Shown one piece after another: positions 38,246-47,418 of a stretch of 64,000 bases of DNA. A program made the translations under genes and the position numbers. Position 1 is the stretch's first letter, and the number at the start of each line of letters is the position of its first letter. The notes beneath the pieces were generated by a model. That model saw nothing but the letters and a program-made list of their open reading frames with translations, had not been told where the DNA came from and ran no database searches. The DNA is from an uncultured virus (IMG/VR IMGVR_UViG_3300023274_000001) (taxonomy: Duplodnaviria > Heunggongvirae > Uroviricota > Caudoviricetes): IMG/VR virus record IMGVR_UViG_3300023274_000001, positions 96,001-160,000 of that record. One strand, 5' to 3'.

Positions 38246-38728
38246 ATGCTGACGGCCGAACTCGTCCACGGGACAGGGCACTTCAGCTACGCTGATGCCG
38301 AGCACCTGGCGGATCTGTGGAACCGGGCCTACCCGGCGATGCGACAGATCTCCACCGGCTACATCGAAGGCATGCGCAAGTACATCGAGCAGGAGGGCTG
38401 GGTCATCGACCCCGCCCACCGGCACGCCGAAGTGCTTCAGGCGTACGCCACACCGGAGAAGAAGGCCCACCGCAAGCTGAAGCTGGCGGAAGACCTCCGC
38501 CGGGACCTCGGGCAGCTCGACCGTGGGACGCACAAGCCGTGCACCCGCAGCCCGGGATGCTTCTCGGTGACGGCCGCCTACATGGCGGTCAGGAACCTGA
38601 TCAGCCTCAGCTCCCTCAACAGCGAGGGACTGGCTTCGGTCTACCGGCTGGCCGCCGAGCTGGCCGAGGCCGAGGAGCGGGTCAACGAAGCCCGCAAGGA
38701 ATGGCACCGGAAGAACGCGACGGCCTGA
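38246..38728 (+). CDS. hypothetical protein
   Basis: Packed ORF. Confidence 0.75.
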   Translation: MLTAELVHGTGHFSYADAEHLADLWNRAYPAMRQISTGYIEGMRKYIEQEGWVIDPAHRHAEVLQAYATPEKKAHRKLKLAEDLRRDLGQLDRGTHKPCTRSPGCFSVTAAYMAVRNLISLSSLNSEGLASVYRLAAELAEAEERVNEARKEWHRKNATA

Positions 38729-38754
38729 CGGCCGGACGGAAACGGAGAAAAGAC

Positions 38755-39057
38755 ATGCGCAGGATCCTGTTCAAGGGCGTCGAGGGCGTCGAGCGTACGG
38801 CGTGGGTGCAGCACGGCTTCACGGTTCAGCGGGCACTGGAGGCCCGGGGGTACAGCGTCACCTCCGAGGACGGCTACAACCCGTGGGCCGAGAACGACAC
38901 GCTCGTCTCGGCGGCCGGTACGACCGAGAAGGGCGGCTCGGCGTACCACCTCTTCATGACGGCCGACAAGGAGACGCTGGACCTCGTCTGGTCCGCGATC
39001 GAGATGTCCCACCCTGACGCCTCCTGCAAGTGGGAGGCGCTGGACCGCCCCGCCTGA
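38755..39057 (+). CDS. hypothetical protein
   Basis: RBS. Confidence 0.75.
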   Translation: MRRILFKGVEGVERTAWVQHGFTVQRALEARGYSVTSEDGYNPWAENDTLVSAAGTTEKGGSAYHLFMTADKETLDLVWSAIEMSHPDASCKWEALDRPA

Positions 39058-39108
39058 ACCACCCGGCTCAACCTGAACCGAACGAATCGAAGAGGAGAAG
39101 AACCCATC

Positions 39109-39330
39109 ATGCAGCTTCCCAGCCGCGCCGAAGTCCGCAGCCAGATCAGCTCGAAGTTCCCGGGCCTGCCCGAGAGCAGCCTGGGCTGGGTGTCGGGCAT
39201 GCTCTCCGACAAGATCGAGGCCGACGTCGAGACCGCCGACGCCGAGTTCCACCGCGAGATGGAGCGTGCCATCCGAGCCGGTGAGGAGCCCGCGATCGGC
39301 GTGGCGCTCGCCGCGCTCAAAGCGGTCTGA
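39109..39330 (+). CDS. hypothetical protein
   Basis: RBS. Confidence 0.75.
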   Translation: MQLPSRAEVRSQISSKFPGLPESSLGWVSGMLSDKIEADVETADAEFHREMERAIRAGEEPAIGVALAALKAV

Positions 39331-39345
39331 CCCACGGGTCACAGT

Positions 39346-39402
39346 GAAGGGGCTCCGGTTGCGACCGGGGCCCCTTCTGCGTATCGTCTTTGACCTAGGC
39401 CA
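39346..39402 (+). promoter_or_regulatory. hairpin with TTGCGA -35, TATCGT -10 (17-bp spacer) and CCTAGG box
   Basis: TTGCGA 39359; TATCGT 39382; TGACCTAGGCCA 39391. Confidence 0.7.
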
Positions 39403-39418
39403 TTCGGATGGGAGAGAC

Positions 39419-39703
39419 GTGAGCGAGAACGAATTCGAAGCCCTGGCCGATGAGTTACGGGCTTCCTGGGACGGCGACCGGGCCCGCTGGGACGATCTCC
39501 GCGAGGAGCTGACGGAGAAGCTGCTCTGCCTGCGCTGGGACGGCGACCACCGTCTCCTCCTGGAGCAGCACACCAGCAAGCAGGCGGCACTGATCGCCAC
39601 CACGTACGGCCGCAGGCAGGACGATCGGATCCGGTACGCCGTGATCCTGGAGCGAAGCCTGGCATCCGGCCGCATGGAGACGAAGAGGATGGAGCCCTCG
39701 TGA
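39419..39703 (+). CDS. hypothetical protein with TTA codon
   Basis: RBS; TTA at 39455. Confidence 0.7.
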   Translation: MSENEFEALADELRASWDGDRARWDDLREELTEKLLCLRWDGDHRLLLEQHTSKQAALIATTYGRRQDDRIRYAVILERSLASGRMETKRMEPS

Positions 39704-40020
39704 ACCACCCCGACAACGCAGCCATCGACGTACCGGCTCAGGACGGAACGCTGCTGCACATCACCCTTCACCGGGAGTCCGACACCGGACGGTTCACGTA
39801 CTCCAGCATGGTGGACGTCCAGCGGCACACGACGCACGGACTCCGCCCGGTGGCCTCATACCGGATGGGTCCGCTCGTACGGGCACCCCGGAACAAGAGC
39901 TTCGAGCTGCACGACAACGACCCGGATCTGGCGATCGAGGGTCACTGGATGATCGTGATCGGTGACTGGATGGAGATGCTGAGCGAGGCCAGCGTCGACA
40001 CGTGGAAGGTGGGCATCTGA
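39700..40020 (+). CDS. hypothetical protein
   Basis: GTGA overlap. Confidence 0.75.
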   Translation: MNHPDNAAIDVPAQDGTLLHITLHRESDTGRFTYSSMVDVQRHTTHGLRPVASYRMGPLVRAPRNKSFELHDNDPDLAIEGHWMIVIGDWMEMLSEASVDTWKVGI

Positions 40021-40220
40021 TGGCGCATATCCGGATCGAGTTCGAGGGCGGCGAAACGTACCAGACCGGCGGCCCGCCGGAGCACCTGGGAGTCGAGCTG
40101 GGGTACGCCAACCTGGAGGGCTACCAGTTCGGTGAGAACGGCATGATCGTGCTGGACTTCGGCAACAGCCGCTTCCGCAAGATCCCCGCCCGCCGCCTGC
40201 TGCGTGTCACGGAGGGCTGA
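40020..40220 (+). CDS. hypothetical protein
   Basis: TGATG coupling. Confidence 0.75.
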   Translation: MAHIRIEFEGGETYQTGGPPEHLGVELGYANLEGYQFGENGMIVLDFGNSRFRKIPARRLLRVTEG

Positions 40221-40221
40221 C

Positions 40222-40683
40222 ATGCCGCTGATCTGGACACAGGGGAACCTGCTGGAGTCGCGGGCACAGGGTCTGGTCAACCCGGTCAACTGTGTCGGGG
40301 TGCCGGGCGCCGGGCTGGCCCGGCAGTTCCGGGACCGCTGGCCCGTGCAGGTCGACGAGTATGTGACCTTCTGCCGGGAGGGCCGGATGAAGCCCGGCCT
40401 GGTGCACGATGCCGTCCTGCCGGACGGCCGACGGATTCTGAGCATCGCCACCAAGCGGCACTGGCGGGACAACTCTCGGATCGAGGACGTGGATCTCGGA
40501 CTCTCGGGTCTGGCCACATACCTGGACGCCACGGGCCTGATCTCGGTCGCTCTTCCGGCGCTCGGGTGTGGACTCGGCGGCCTCCCGAAGGCGCTGGTGG
40601 CGAGCCGGGTGAAGTTCTGGCTGGCCGACAACTTCTCCGTGATCTACGTCTACGGACTCGACGAACCGGGAGCTGCGCAGTGA
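40222..40683 (+). CDS. macrodomain (DarG/TARG1-like ADP-ribosyl hydrolase)
   Basis: GNLL...VNPVNCVGVPGAGLARQF...ATKRHWR...PALGCGLGGL. Confidence 0.88.
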   Translation: MPLIWTQGNLLESRAQGLVNPVNCVGVPGAGLARQFRDRWPVQVDEYVTFCREGRMKPGLVHDAVLPDGRRILSIATKRHWRDNSRIEDVDLGLSGLATYLDATGLISVALPALGCGLGGLPKALVASRVKFWLADNFSVIYVYGLDEPGAAQ

Positions 40684-40943
40684 AGAGGAAATCGTCCGGA
40701 CCCCCTCCGATGGAGGACGGGGACTACCTTCTCGCCTCCGTGGTGGACGACGAGGACACGGGGAATCCCGGAGCGATGCTGGACGTCTCGCAGTTCACGG
40801 TTGCGGGACGCCGCCTGTTCTCCGTCGACCGTCTTCTCCACTTCGACGAGTTCGACGGAGTGCTGGGCGAGATGGGATACCGGCGCACGGAGCCGTGGGG
40901 AACTCGCAGCGGGATCCGCTCGGCGCGCGTCGAGAGGCAGTGA
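40680..40943 (+). CDS. hypothetical protein
   Basis: GTGA overlap. Confidence 0.7.
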   Translation: MKRKSSGPPPMEDGDYLLASVVDDEDTGNPGAMLDVSQFTVAGRRLFSVDRLLHFDEFDGVLGEMGYRRTEPWGTRSGIRSARVERQ

Positions 40944-40945
40944 CC

Positions 40946-41140
40946 ATGCCCCAGGAATTCATCCGGGTCACGGTCGTCATGAAGTTTCCGGTCGACCCCG
41001 ACCTGTACCCCGAGAGCACCACGCCCGCTGAGCGGGCCGAGGTGGAGCGCGAGAACTTCCGGGATCCGAAGATCCTGATGGAGACGGCCGAGCAGTACGG
41101 CGTCGAATCCGTCAGTGTCGGGACCTTCATCATCACGTAG
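40946..41140 (+). CDS. hypothetical protein
   Basis: Packed ORF. Confidence 0.7.
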   Translation: MPQEFIRVTVVMKFPVDPDLYPESTTPAERAEVERENFRDPKILMETAEQYGVESVSVGTFIIT

Positions 41141-41157
41141 CGGAAAGAGGAGAAGAC

Positions 41158-41763
41158 ATGGCGATGACCCGTGAAGAGGAGACGGCGCTGGCGAAGGAGA
41201 TGGCCGAGGAGGTGGGCCTGAACCTGCCGTACGCCGCTCAGGTGGGCTTCAAGTACGACGTGAAGGCCGCCCGGCAGAAGGCTGAGGAGCTGCGGGATCT
41301 GGCCCGCAAGCGGGAGCAGGAGTCGCGCGACTCGTTCGACCGGTGCGACACCGACGGCGCCCTTTCGCAGTGGGCGAGCGGGATCAACGCCGAGAAGTAC
41401 CGGATCCAGGCCGACATCGCCGAGAACGGCGGCATGTGGGGCTTCCCGGCCCTCTTCGACCTGGAGGGCAACCTGATCCCGGCGCGGGAGGTGTACGGCC
41501 AGTACGGGGCCTTCTGGTCCCTGCTGGACGCCGACGGAAACCGCACGGACGAGACCTTCAGCGAGTCGAAGGCCCAAAACGACAAGGTCAAGATCCGTAA
41601 CGACGCGAAGAAGGGCGTCTACGTCGGCTGGGTACTGGCCCCGGCCCGGGTCGTGACGCGCGGGCAGTCCGTCACCTCGGTCGCCTGCCACATCGACCGC
41701 AACGACGGCGGCTGGGACCCGGATGTGCTGGTGGTCGACAACGGAAAGGGCGAACAGGAGTGA
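41158..41763 (+). CDS. phage hypothetical protein
   Basis: SFDRCDTDGALSQWA motif; RBS. Confidence 0.85.
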   Translation: MAMTREEETALAKEMAEEVGLNLPYAAQVGFKYDVKAARQKAEELRDLARKREQESRDSFDRCDTDGALSQWASGINAEKYRIQADIAENGGMWGFPALFDLEGNLIPAREVYGQYGAFWSLLDADGNRTDETFSESKAQNDKVKIRNDAKKGVYVGWVLAPARVVTRGQSVTSVACHIDRNDGGWDPDVLVVDNGKGEQE

Positions 41764-42080
41764 AGCTGGTCAGCGACACGCCCCGCATGGAACTGCTGCG
41801 GATCGAACTGACCACCGGCCAGTGCCCGCCGCAGTCCTGCCTGGAGTGGGACGAGTTCCTGCACCTGTATGCCCTGCTGCGGCGGCTCCCCGGAGCCGCC
41901 CCGGCGGTGCGGTCGGAGGTGCTGACGAAGCTGCTCGGCCGGGGCTTCGAGCACCGGTACGCCACGAACTTGATGAGCCTGGCCACGGCGGGAGTTCAGC
42001 CGCTGGCGATGCTGGTCCGGCAGGCGGCGCTCCATCAGGAGATCCGGCCGCTCAGGGAAGAGGAGAAGGTGGGCAAGTGA
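41760..42080 (+). CDS. hypothetical protein
   Basis: GTGA overlap. Confidence 0.7.
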   Translation: MKLVSDTPRMELLRIELTTGQCPPQSCLEWDEFLHLYALLRRLPGAAPAVRSEVLTKLLGRGFEHRYATNLMSLATAGVQPLAMLVRQAALHQEIRPLREEEKVGK

Positions 42081-42466
42081 GTGACGATCCCGACAGCAAG
42101 AACCCGGACTTTTGGCCGGGCCGGGACATCCAGGCGGCCGTCCAGCGCATGCAGCTCTGGCTGAAGCAGTACCCGGACGACGTGAGCGTGGCGAGCCAGA
42201 TCGGCAGTTCGCAGGAGTTCGTCTCCCCCGGCTGGCCGTACCGGATGTACGCCGTGGACCGCCGGGACCTGGAAGCCGTACTGAAGGTCATGCAGAACCT
42301 GCCGAACTTCCAGATCTACACGGCAGACGCCTCTACGGTGTGCGAGGCGTGCGACACGAACATCACCTGGGGAGACCAGGATCCCCGCCTGCACGCACTG
42401 GTCGAGGCGGCGGCTGCGCACGTCTGCGACCCGGCGAAGAAGGCGGCGGTCGACGCCAGGACATGA
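42077..42466 (+). CDS. hypothetical protein with CxxC...HxC
   Basis: GTGA overlap. Confidence 0.75.
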   Translation: MSDDPDSKNPDFWPGRDIQAAVQRMQLWLKQYPDDVSVASQIGSSQEFVSPGWPYRMYAVDRRDLEAVLKVMQNLPNFQIYTADASTVCEACDTNITWGDQDPRLHALVEAAAAHVCDPAKKAAVDART

Positions 42467-42532
42467 GGTGCTTCGGTGGGGTCCGGCTGCGGCCGGGCCT
42501 TCGCCGTGGGACCTCACGGAACTGGAGGAGAA

Positions 42533-42808
42533 ATGCACCACACCGAGATCAACCACGAGGCCAAGGTGACGGATACCCTGGCCGACCTGGACGAGGACGA
42601 CCGGTACGGATACCGGCCGGTCCTGATGGAGAGCTTCGTCATGGTCGACGGCACCGATGTTCTGGTTCCGGCGGAGGACTCGCCGGAGGGGATGATCGTG
42701 GCCCTCACCGAAACGCAGGCGGTTCAGGCCCTGCTGTGCCTGGCCGAGCAGATCGGCGACATCGTGGCCGTGAAGCTCATCCAGGAGCAGATGGCAAAGC
42801 CCAAGTAG
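42533..42808 (+). CDS. acidic hypothetical protein
   Basis: GGAGGAG RBS. Confidence 0.75.
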   Translation: MHHTEINHEAKVTDTLADLDEDDRYGYRPVLMESFVMVDGTDVLVPAEDSPEGMIVALTETQAVQALLCLAEQIGDIVAVKLIQEQMAKPK

Positions 42809-42828
42809 CCAGGGCGAGTTCGATCAGA

Positions 42829-42845
42829 TAGTGTGGCCTAGGTCA
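42829..42845 (+). promoter_or_regulatory. -10 TAGTGT fused to CCTAGG box
   Basis: TAGTGTGGCCTAGGTCA. Confidence 0.7.
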
Positions 42846-43006
42846 GGGAAGGAGGGAAGACATGGCAGAAGAGATGCCCCGGCGCGAGCCGGGCAAGGCC
42901 CTCAAGGAAGCGCGCGAGCGCGAGGAGGGCCAGCAGCGCTGATCACCGAGGGGCGCCCACGGGCGCCCCTTCTGGCGTCACAGGAACCGGAACAGGAGAA
43001 GGATTC

Positions 43007-43441
43007 ATGGAGTTCCCCGAGAAGTTCAGCACCGCTGCGGCCGACACCGACTACTCCCGCTACCCACAGCTCCAAGCTCTGAGCAAGTACGACATCCTCG
43101 CCACGGCCGAAGCTCTGCGGCTGACCGCCATCCAGCTCGGCACCCACGTGCACGGCTGGACCATGCTCCGGGACCTGACCCTGGACGAGCCGACCGTGAT
43201 CACGGCCCTGCTGGCACAGAAGCAGCGCTGGGACGACGAAGGTCACCTGGTCTCCACCGAGTTCGAGGAGTACTGGGACGCCACCGACACCCATAACTTC
43301 CCCTCCTCGCTGCTGGAGGAGATGAAGAAGCACCTGGTCCGTCAGTTCCTGGAGAGCGAGAAGGCGGAGCACGTCGCGGTCGACAACCCGTACGGCATCT
43401 GGCTGTTCGACAAGGCCGTCCTGGAAGGGATCTTCCGGTGA
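43007..43441 (+). CDS. acidic hypothetical protein
   Basis: RBS. Confidence 0.8.
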   Translation: MEFPEKFSTAAADTDYSRYPQLQALSKYDILATAEALRLTAIQLGTHVHGWTMLRDLTLDEPTVITALLAQKQRWDDEGHLVSTEFEEYWDATDTHNFPSSLLEEMKKHLVRQFLESEKAEHVAVDNPYGIWLFDKAVLEGIFR

Positions 43442-43725
43442 TCGACCTCTTCGACAACCTGCCGATCGGGCCGAGGCTCGAAATGTTCCCCGACATCTGG
43501 GGCGCCTTCGCGGTCGTCACCGTCCGGCCCCGCCCTGACGGCGGCCGGAAGCCGGAGATGCCCCTGCTGTCCCGGGGCCACATCCTCCTGGACTCCCGAG
43601 GGGAGGTCTGGACCGTGCTTGAGGCCGCCGTCCTGACCGAGGTGGACAAGGGGAGCGGGGACGAGCTGCCGTACCGTTACGCGTACGAGTACGTGGTCGT
43701 GAACGGCAAGCGCCAGCTCGACTGA
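43438..43725 (+). CDS. hypothetical protein
   Basis: GTGA overlap. Confidence 0.7.
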   Translation: MIDLFDNLPIGPRLEMFPDIWGAFAVVTVRPRPDGGRKPEMPLLSRGHILLDSRGEVWTVLEAAVLTEVDKGSGDELPYRYAYEYVVVNGKRQLD

Positions 43726-43780
43726 ACCACCCTGGAGGGGCGGCCCTGGATCGGGGCTGCCCCTCTTCGCGTTTCTGGCC

Positions 43781-43806
43781 TGACCTAGGCCGCCTGATGG
43801 TAGACT
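43781..43806 (+). promoter_or_regulatory. CCTAGG box upstream of TAGACT -10
   Basis: TGACCTAGGCCG...TAGACT, after a GC hairpin. Confidence 0.65.
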
Positions 43807-43828
43807 CCCGTGCACGGAAGGAGAGGAA

Positions 43829-44326
43829 ATGGCAAACGACTTGGTGAAATTCCCGGAGGCCGGGGACCTCTGGGAGGAGGTCGACGGGCCCGGTATGTAC
43901 GTGCTGGCGGTCCTTCCCCGGAGTTCCGAGCCTGACGAGTGTGCCGTGGGTGCCGCCATCCTGATGCTCCGCCCGAAGGGGCGCCTGCTCACCCCCATGG
44001 ACCTGCTGTGGCCGACGGAGGAGAGCCGGGACTATGACGCCCGGCTTCTGGAAGGGGCGGCTCAGCTCTTCGAGGAGAAGGGTGAACGGCTCAAGGCTAC
44101 AGCGATCCGAGCCCAGGTTCCCGTTACCGATCTGTCGATCGAGGTCGTCCAGGCCACTCACATGGGCTCGACGGCGCGCACGCTGCGCAGCACGAAGACC
44201 GGCGAGTACTGGCAGGCCGACTGGAAGGACTTGACTCCTTCCGGGATCCTGCACCTGCACCAGATCCACACCTGCTTCGTACGACCGTCCGTACTGATCA
44301 CGTTTCTGGGGGACGAGGACCGATGA
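43829..44326 (+). CDS. hypothetical protein
   Basis: RBS. Confidence 0.75.
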   Translation: MANDLVKFPEAGDLWEEVDGPGMYVLAVLPRSSEPDECAVGAAILMLRPKGRLLTPMDLLWPTEESRDYDARLLEGAAQLFEEKGERLKATAIRAQVPVTDLSIEVVQATHMGSTARTLRSTKTGEYWQADWKDLTPSGILHLHQIHTCFVRPSVLITFLGDEDR

Positions 44327-44673
44327 AGCTGTTCGGCAAGGAGGTTCCCGGCCCGAAGCCTCGCCTGTCCGGTGAGACGCAGCCGGTGTATAGCGCCGGG
44401 GCCAAGAACGCCTTCGTGACCGTGCTCCAGCGGGCGCTCGACGTACAGATTCCCGGACGCCTGGGAACCAGTTACACCGACCCGGCGACCGAGCTGGAGA
44501 ACGCCGTCCAGATCGCGTCGTCGCACTGCAACGACGAACTCCTCTCCCGGATGAACGACTTCCGGGACGCCGTCCTCGACGCCTCCCGGGGTGAGGGCGG
44601 CGAGCAGGAGGTCAACAGGGCCCGGGAGGTCTTCACCAAGGGATGCCGGGAAGCTCTCGGCAACGACAAGTAG
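44323..44673 (+). CDS. hypothetical protein
   Basis: ATGA overlap. Confidence 0.75.
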   Translation: MKLFGKEVPGPKPRLSGETQPVYSAGAKNAFVTVLQRALDVQIPGRLGTSYTDPATELENAVQIASSHCNDELLSRMNDFRDAVLDASRGEGGEQEVNRAREVFTKGCREALGNDK

Positions 44674-44694
44674 CACCGGAGAGGGAGAAGAGCA

Positions 44695-45210
44695 GTGCGA
44701 CTCATGCACCAGCACGACCTGGGCGGTCCCGGACGGGTGATCGTCGTGGCGGGAGACCTTCCCGTCACCATCACGGTCGACGAGCAGGCCGAGTACCGCT
44801 CGGTGGACATCATGGCCGACCGTGGACTGGCCGCCTGGGCGGGACCCATCGGCCCGGGAGGAGTCTCCTTCGGTGTCGAGGTCGGCAGGCCCACCCTGAT
44901 CAACACGCTGCGCGACAAGCTGGGCCTGCGCATGGGATCTCACGTCTCGGGCGGCGGCACGGTCGTGTCAGCCAGCCGGGGATCGATCGCTGCGGGAGGG
45001 AGCATCGTCAACTGCGCCACCGGTCGGGGTGCGGAGGTGACGGTGGACGGTCAGGAGCAGAGGCTGCCGGAGATCGGTGTGCACCTGACGGCACCGCGCT
45101 TCTGCACCTTCGAGATTCGTTCACACGGTGGCATCGCCGTACTCCACGACGGCATCGAGCTGACCGTTCAGGCGGCCGAGGAGCGGGGCCTGCTGGCGGT
45201 GGCCCGGTGA
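44695..45210 (+). CDS. beta-rich protein, weakly DUF4097-like
   Basis: RBS; Gly/Val strands. Confidence 0.7.
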   Translation: MRLMHQHDLGGPGRVIVVAGDLPVTITVDEQAEYRSVDIMADRGLAAWAGPIGPGGVSFGVEVGRPTLINTLRDKLGLRMGSHVSGGGTVVSASRGSIAAGGSIVNCATGRGAEVTVDGQEQRLPEIGVHLTAPRFCTFEIRSHGGIAVLHDGIELTVQAAEERGLLAVAR

Positions 45211-45425
45211 TCTCGGCGGTCGGCGACTTCCTGGTGGAGCGCTTCCCGGGTGTGGGCCCTAACCGTAGGGTCGCGCGGATCGTCAGCGACCAGCCGGAGG
45301 AGGGGCGCCTGCGGGTATCCCGCACCGTTCAGGCGGGCGGGCAGCGCTACACCGTCGCCTTCCACTTCCCGCCGGGCATCCGGCAGGGCCGGGCCATCGC
45401 CTGGCCGAAGGGGAGGGAAAGCTGA
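45207..45425 (+). CDS. hypothetical protein
   Basis: GTGA overlap. Confidence 0.65.
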   Translation: MISAVGDFLVERFPGVGPNRRVARIVSDQPEEGRLRVSRTVQAGGQRYTVAFHFPPGIRQGRAIAWPKGRES

Positions 45426-45853
45426 TGGGGCTGCGACAGGAAGCGGAAGCGCTGTTCTTCGGAACCGGAATCCAGGAGCTGTACCCACACTGGCAGTCGG
45501 AGTACTCGCCAGGTCCACAGTTTCACCGGCACGGCGACTGGCCGCCCGGCGAGGCTCCTGACGCGTGGGCCTACAAGATCCGGATCACCGACCCGCTGAA
45601 CTCGGAGCGGCTGATGGACCGGATCATCACGTACTCGATCCTCTACAGCGCCGCCGAGCTGATTACCGAGGAAAAGGTCGACACCGAGAAGCCGTTCCAT
45701 CCGGTCGACGCCGAGACCGACCGAGCCTGCTCGATGTGGGTGTTCAGCGACGAACTCGGCACGTTCGACCCTCACACCCTGGACCAAGTTCTTCAGGTCG
45801 CCGTGTTCGGCGGCGTGCTGCATCCCCACTTCGAGCCCCGCAACCGGGGCTGA
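45425..45853 (+). CDS. hypothetical protein
   Basis: TGATG coupling; D..LDQVLQVAVFG motif. Confidence 0.8.
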   Translation: MGLRQEAEALFFGTGIQELYPHWQSEYSPGPQFHRHGDWPPGEAPDAWAYKIRITDPLNSERLMDRIITYSILYSAAELITEEKVDTEKPFHPVDAETDRACSMWVFSDELGTFDPHTLDQVLQVAVFGGVLHPHFEPRNRG

Positions 45854-45871
45854 CGGAAAGCGAGAAGAGAC

Positions 45872-46201
45872 GTGAAGCACGAGTTCGCCATCGACTACGC
45901 CGGGCTGACCCCGCAGCAGAAGATCGTGATCCTGGAGGAGATGGGATTCAAGGAGATCCCGCCCGCCGAGCACGGGACGAACTGCCTGTCCCGGCAGGGC
46001 AGTGGGATGATCTGCGACTGCCTCATGGGCGTGACCACCTGGGGTGCTCCGCTCGATGTGAAGAAGTACCTGGGCGAGACGCACGAGGAGCGCGCCGAGT
46101 TCGCGGCCCGGCGTCAGCTCTACCTGAACGAGGGGGAGGGTGAGAGCCCCGGATCCTGGGCGGTTCACCTGGAGAAGAATGCCCCCCGCTACCGGCACTG
46201 A
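45872..46201 (+). CDS. hypothetical protein
   Basis: RBS. Confidence 0.75.
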   Translation: MKHEFAIDYAGLTPQQKIVILEEMGFKEIPPAEHGTNCLSRQGSGMICDCLMGVTTWGAPLDVKKYLGETHEERAEFAARRQLYLNEGEGESPGSWAVHLEKNAPRYRH

Positions 46202-46211
46202 AGGAGAAGCC

Positions 46212-46550
46212 GTGACCGACATCCAGGACATCTACACGGGCCGTCCGATCAGGAACGACCTGCTGGACAACGGCCATGCGCCGAAGTGCACCTGGGCCCC
46301 CGAGCAGGGGACGCTGTTCCCCAAGGGGATGCTCCCCAGCGGCTGGCCGGGCGACCGGCAGGGGCATGAAGCGGCGCACGCCCTGTCGGCCCTGCTCGGG
46401 TCCGAGGGCATCCGGACCGACATCGTGTTCTACCCGAACGGGCAGGTCGACCTGTACTGCCCCGGCGGGAAGCTGGAGTTGTCCATGAGCGAGGCCATGA
46501 AGCTGGCCCGCCTGCTGGACAGGGAGAAGCCGGACCGGCGTCCGGTCTGA
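46212..46550 (+). CDS. hypothetical protein
   Basis: RBS. Confidence 0.75.
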   Translation: MTDIQDIYTGRPIRNDLLDNGHAPKCTWAPEQGTLFPKGMLPSGWPGDRQGHEAAHALSALLGSEGIRTDIVFYPNGQVDLYCPGGKLELSMSEAMKLARLLDREKPDRRPV

Positions 46551-46565
46551 CGGAGAGGAAGAAGC

Positions 46566-46868
46566 ATGGCGAAGATCGACGTGAACGAAGTCCAGGGCCT
46601 GTTCCGGGTCGGTCTGGCCACGGACCAGAAGGGCAACGAGGTCTACGTACTGGAGATCCTGGGGATCCCGGTCCTGTATGCCGACGCCCACGACTTCGAG
46701 GCCGGTCACCAGGACACCGAGGACTGGCAGGAGACCTTCGAGACGCGCCTGGCCCGGATGCTGGCCAAGGTGCTGACGGAGGGCTACGACCACGACTTCG
46801 TGAAGTGGCGCACCGAGTCCCCGACCGGCCGCGAGGTCTACCGCCTCGGCCCCTTCGGGAGGGACTGA
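46566..46868 (+). CDS. tandem paralog 1
   Basis: VLEILGIPV. Confidence 0.8.
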   Translation: MAKIDVNEVQGLFRVGLATDQKGNEVYVLEILGIPVLYADAHDFEAGHQDTEDWQETFETRLARMLAKVLTEGYDHDFVKWRTESPTGREVYRLGPFGRD

Positions 46869-47137
46869 TGGACGCGATCCGGATCGGGAAGACCGAGGAG
46901 TCCGGCTACCCGCTGATCGTCGTTGAGCTGTTCGGCGTTCCGCTGGCCAGCTCGACGCACAAGGTCGCTGAGTACGACGAGGACCCGGAGGGGTTCACGA
47001 AGTGGTGGCGGGAGTACTTCGCCCGCCAGATCGTCAGCATGCTGGCGGAGAACCTGCACCAGGAGCGACGGGTCACCGGCTGGCTGATGGCCACCCGGCT
47101 GTCGCCGGTCCCGCCGAGTCTGCCGGAAGCGCAGTGA
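46868..47137 (+). CDS. tandem paralog 2
   Basis: VVELFGVPL. Confidence 0.8.
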   Translation: MDAIRIGKTEESGYPLIVVELFGVPLASSTHKVAEYDEDPEGFTKWWREYFARQIVSMLAENLHQERRVTGWLMATRLSPVPPSLPEAQ

Positions 47138-47418
47138 TCCCGGACCTGTTCGACGTCGGGATCGTCGAGCTGCCGAACGGGAACCGGCTGGCGGTCGTGG
47201 AGTTCCTGGGTCACCCCATCGCCGAGGGTCCGGCCGAGGCCCTTGAAGGAGAGGGGGCGGCAGAGGAGCTGAAGGAGGGCTTCTCCGCCGCCCTGGCGGC
47301 CACCCTGTCCCTCGTGATGGGCAGCCAGGAGTTCGGCCGCTACGCACCGCAGGGCTGGACGTACGAACATCCGATGGCCCCTCCGCTGGAGGGGCTTCCG
47401 AAAGGAGAAGAGGGATGA
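47134..47418 (+). CDS. tandem paralog 3
   Basis: VVEFLGHPI. Confidence 0.8.
   Translation: MIPDLFDVGIVELPNGNRLAVVEFLGHPIAEGPAEALEGEGAAEELKEGFSAALAATLSLVMGSQEFGRYAPQGWTYEHPMAPPLEGLPKGEEG

Noticed and set aside
21044-43940. Other CTGACGA heptamers (near 21045 and 43932) as hammerheads
   Set aside because: Inside CDS and lacking a correctly placed GAAA and stems
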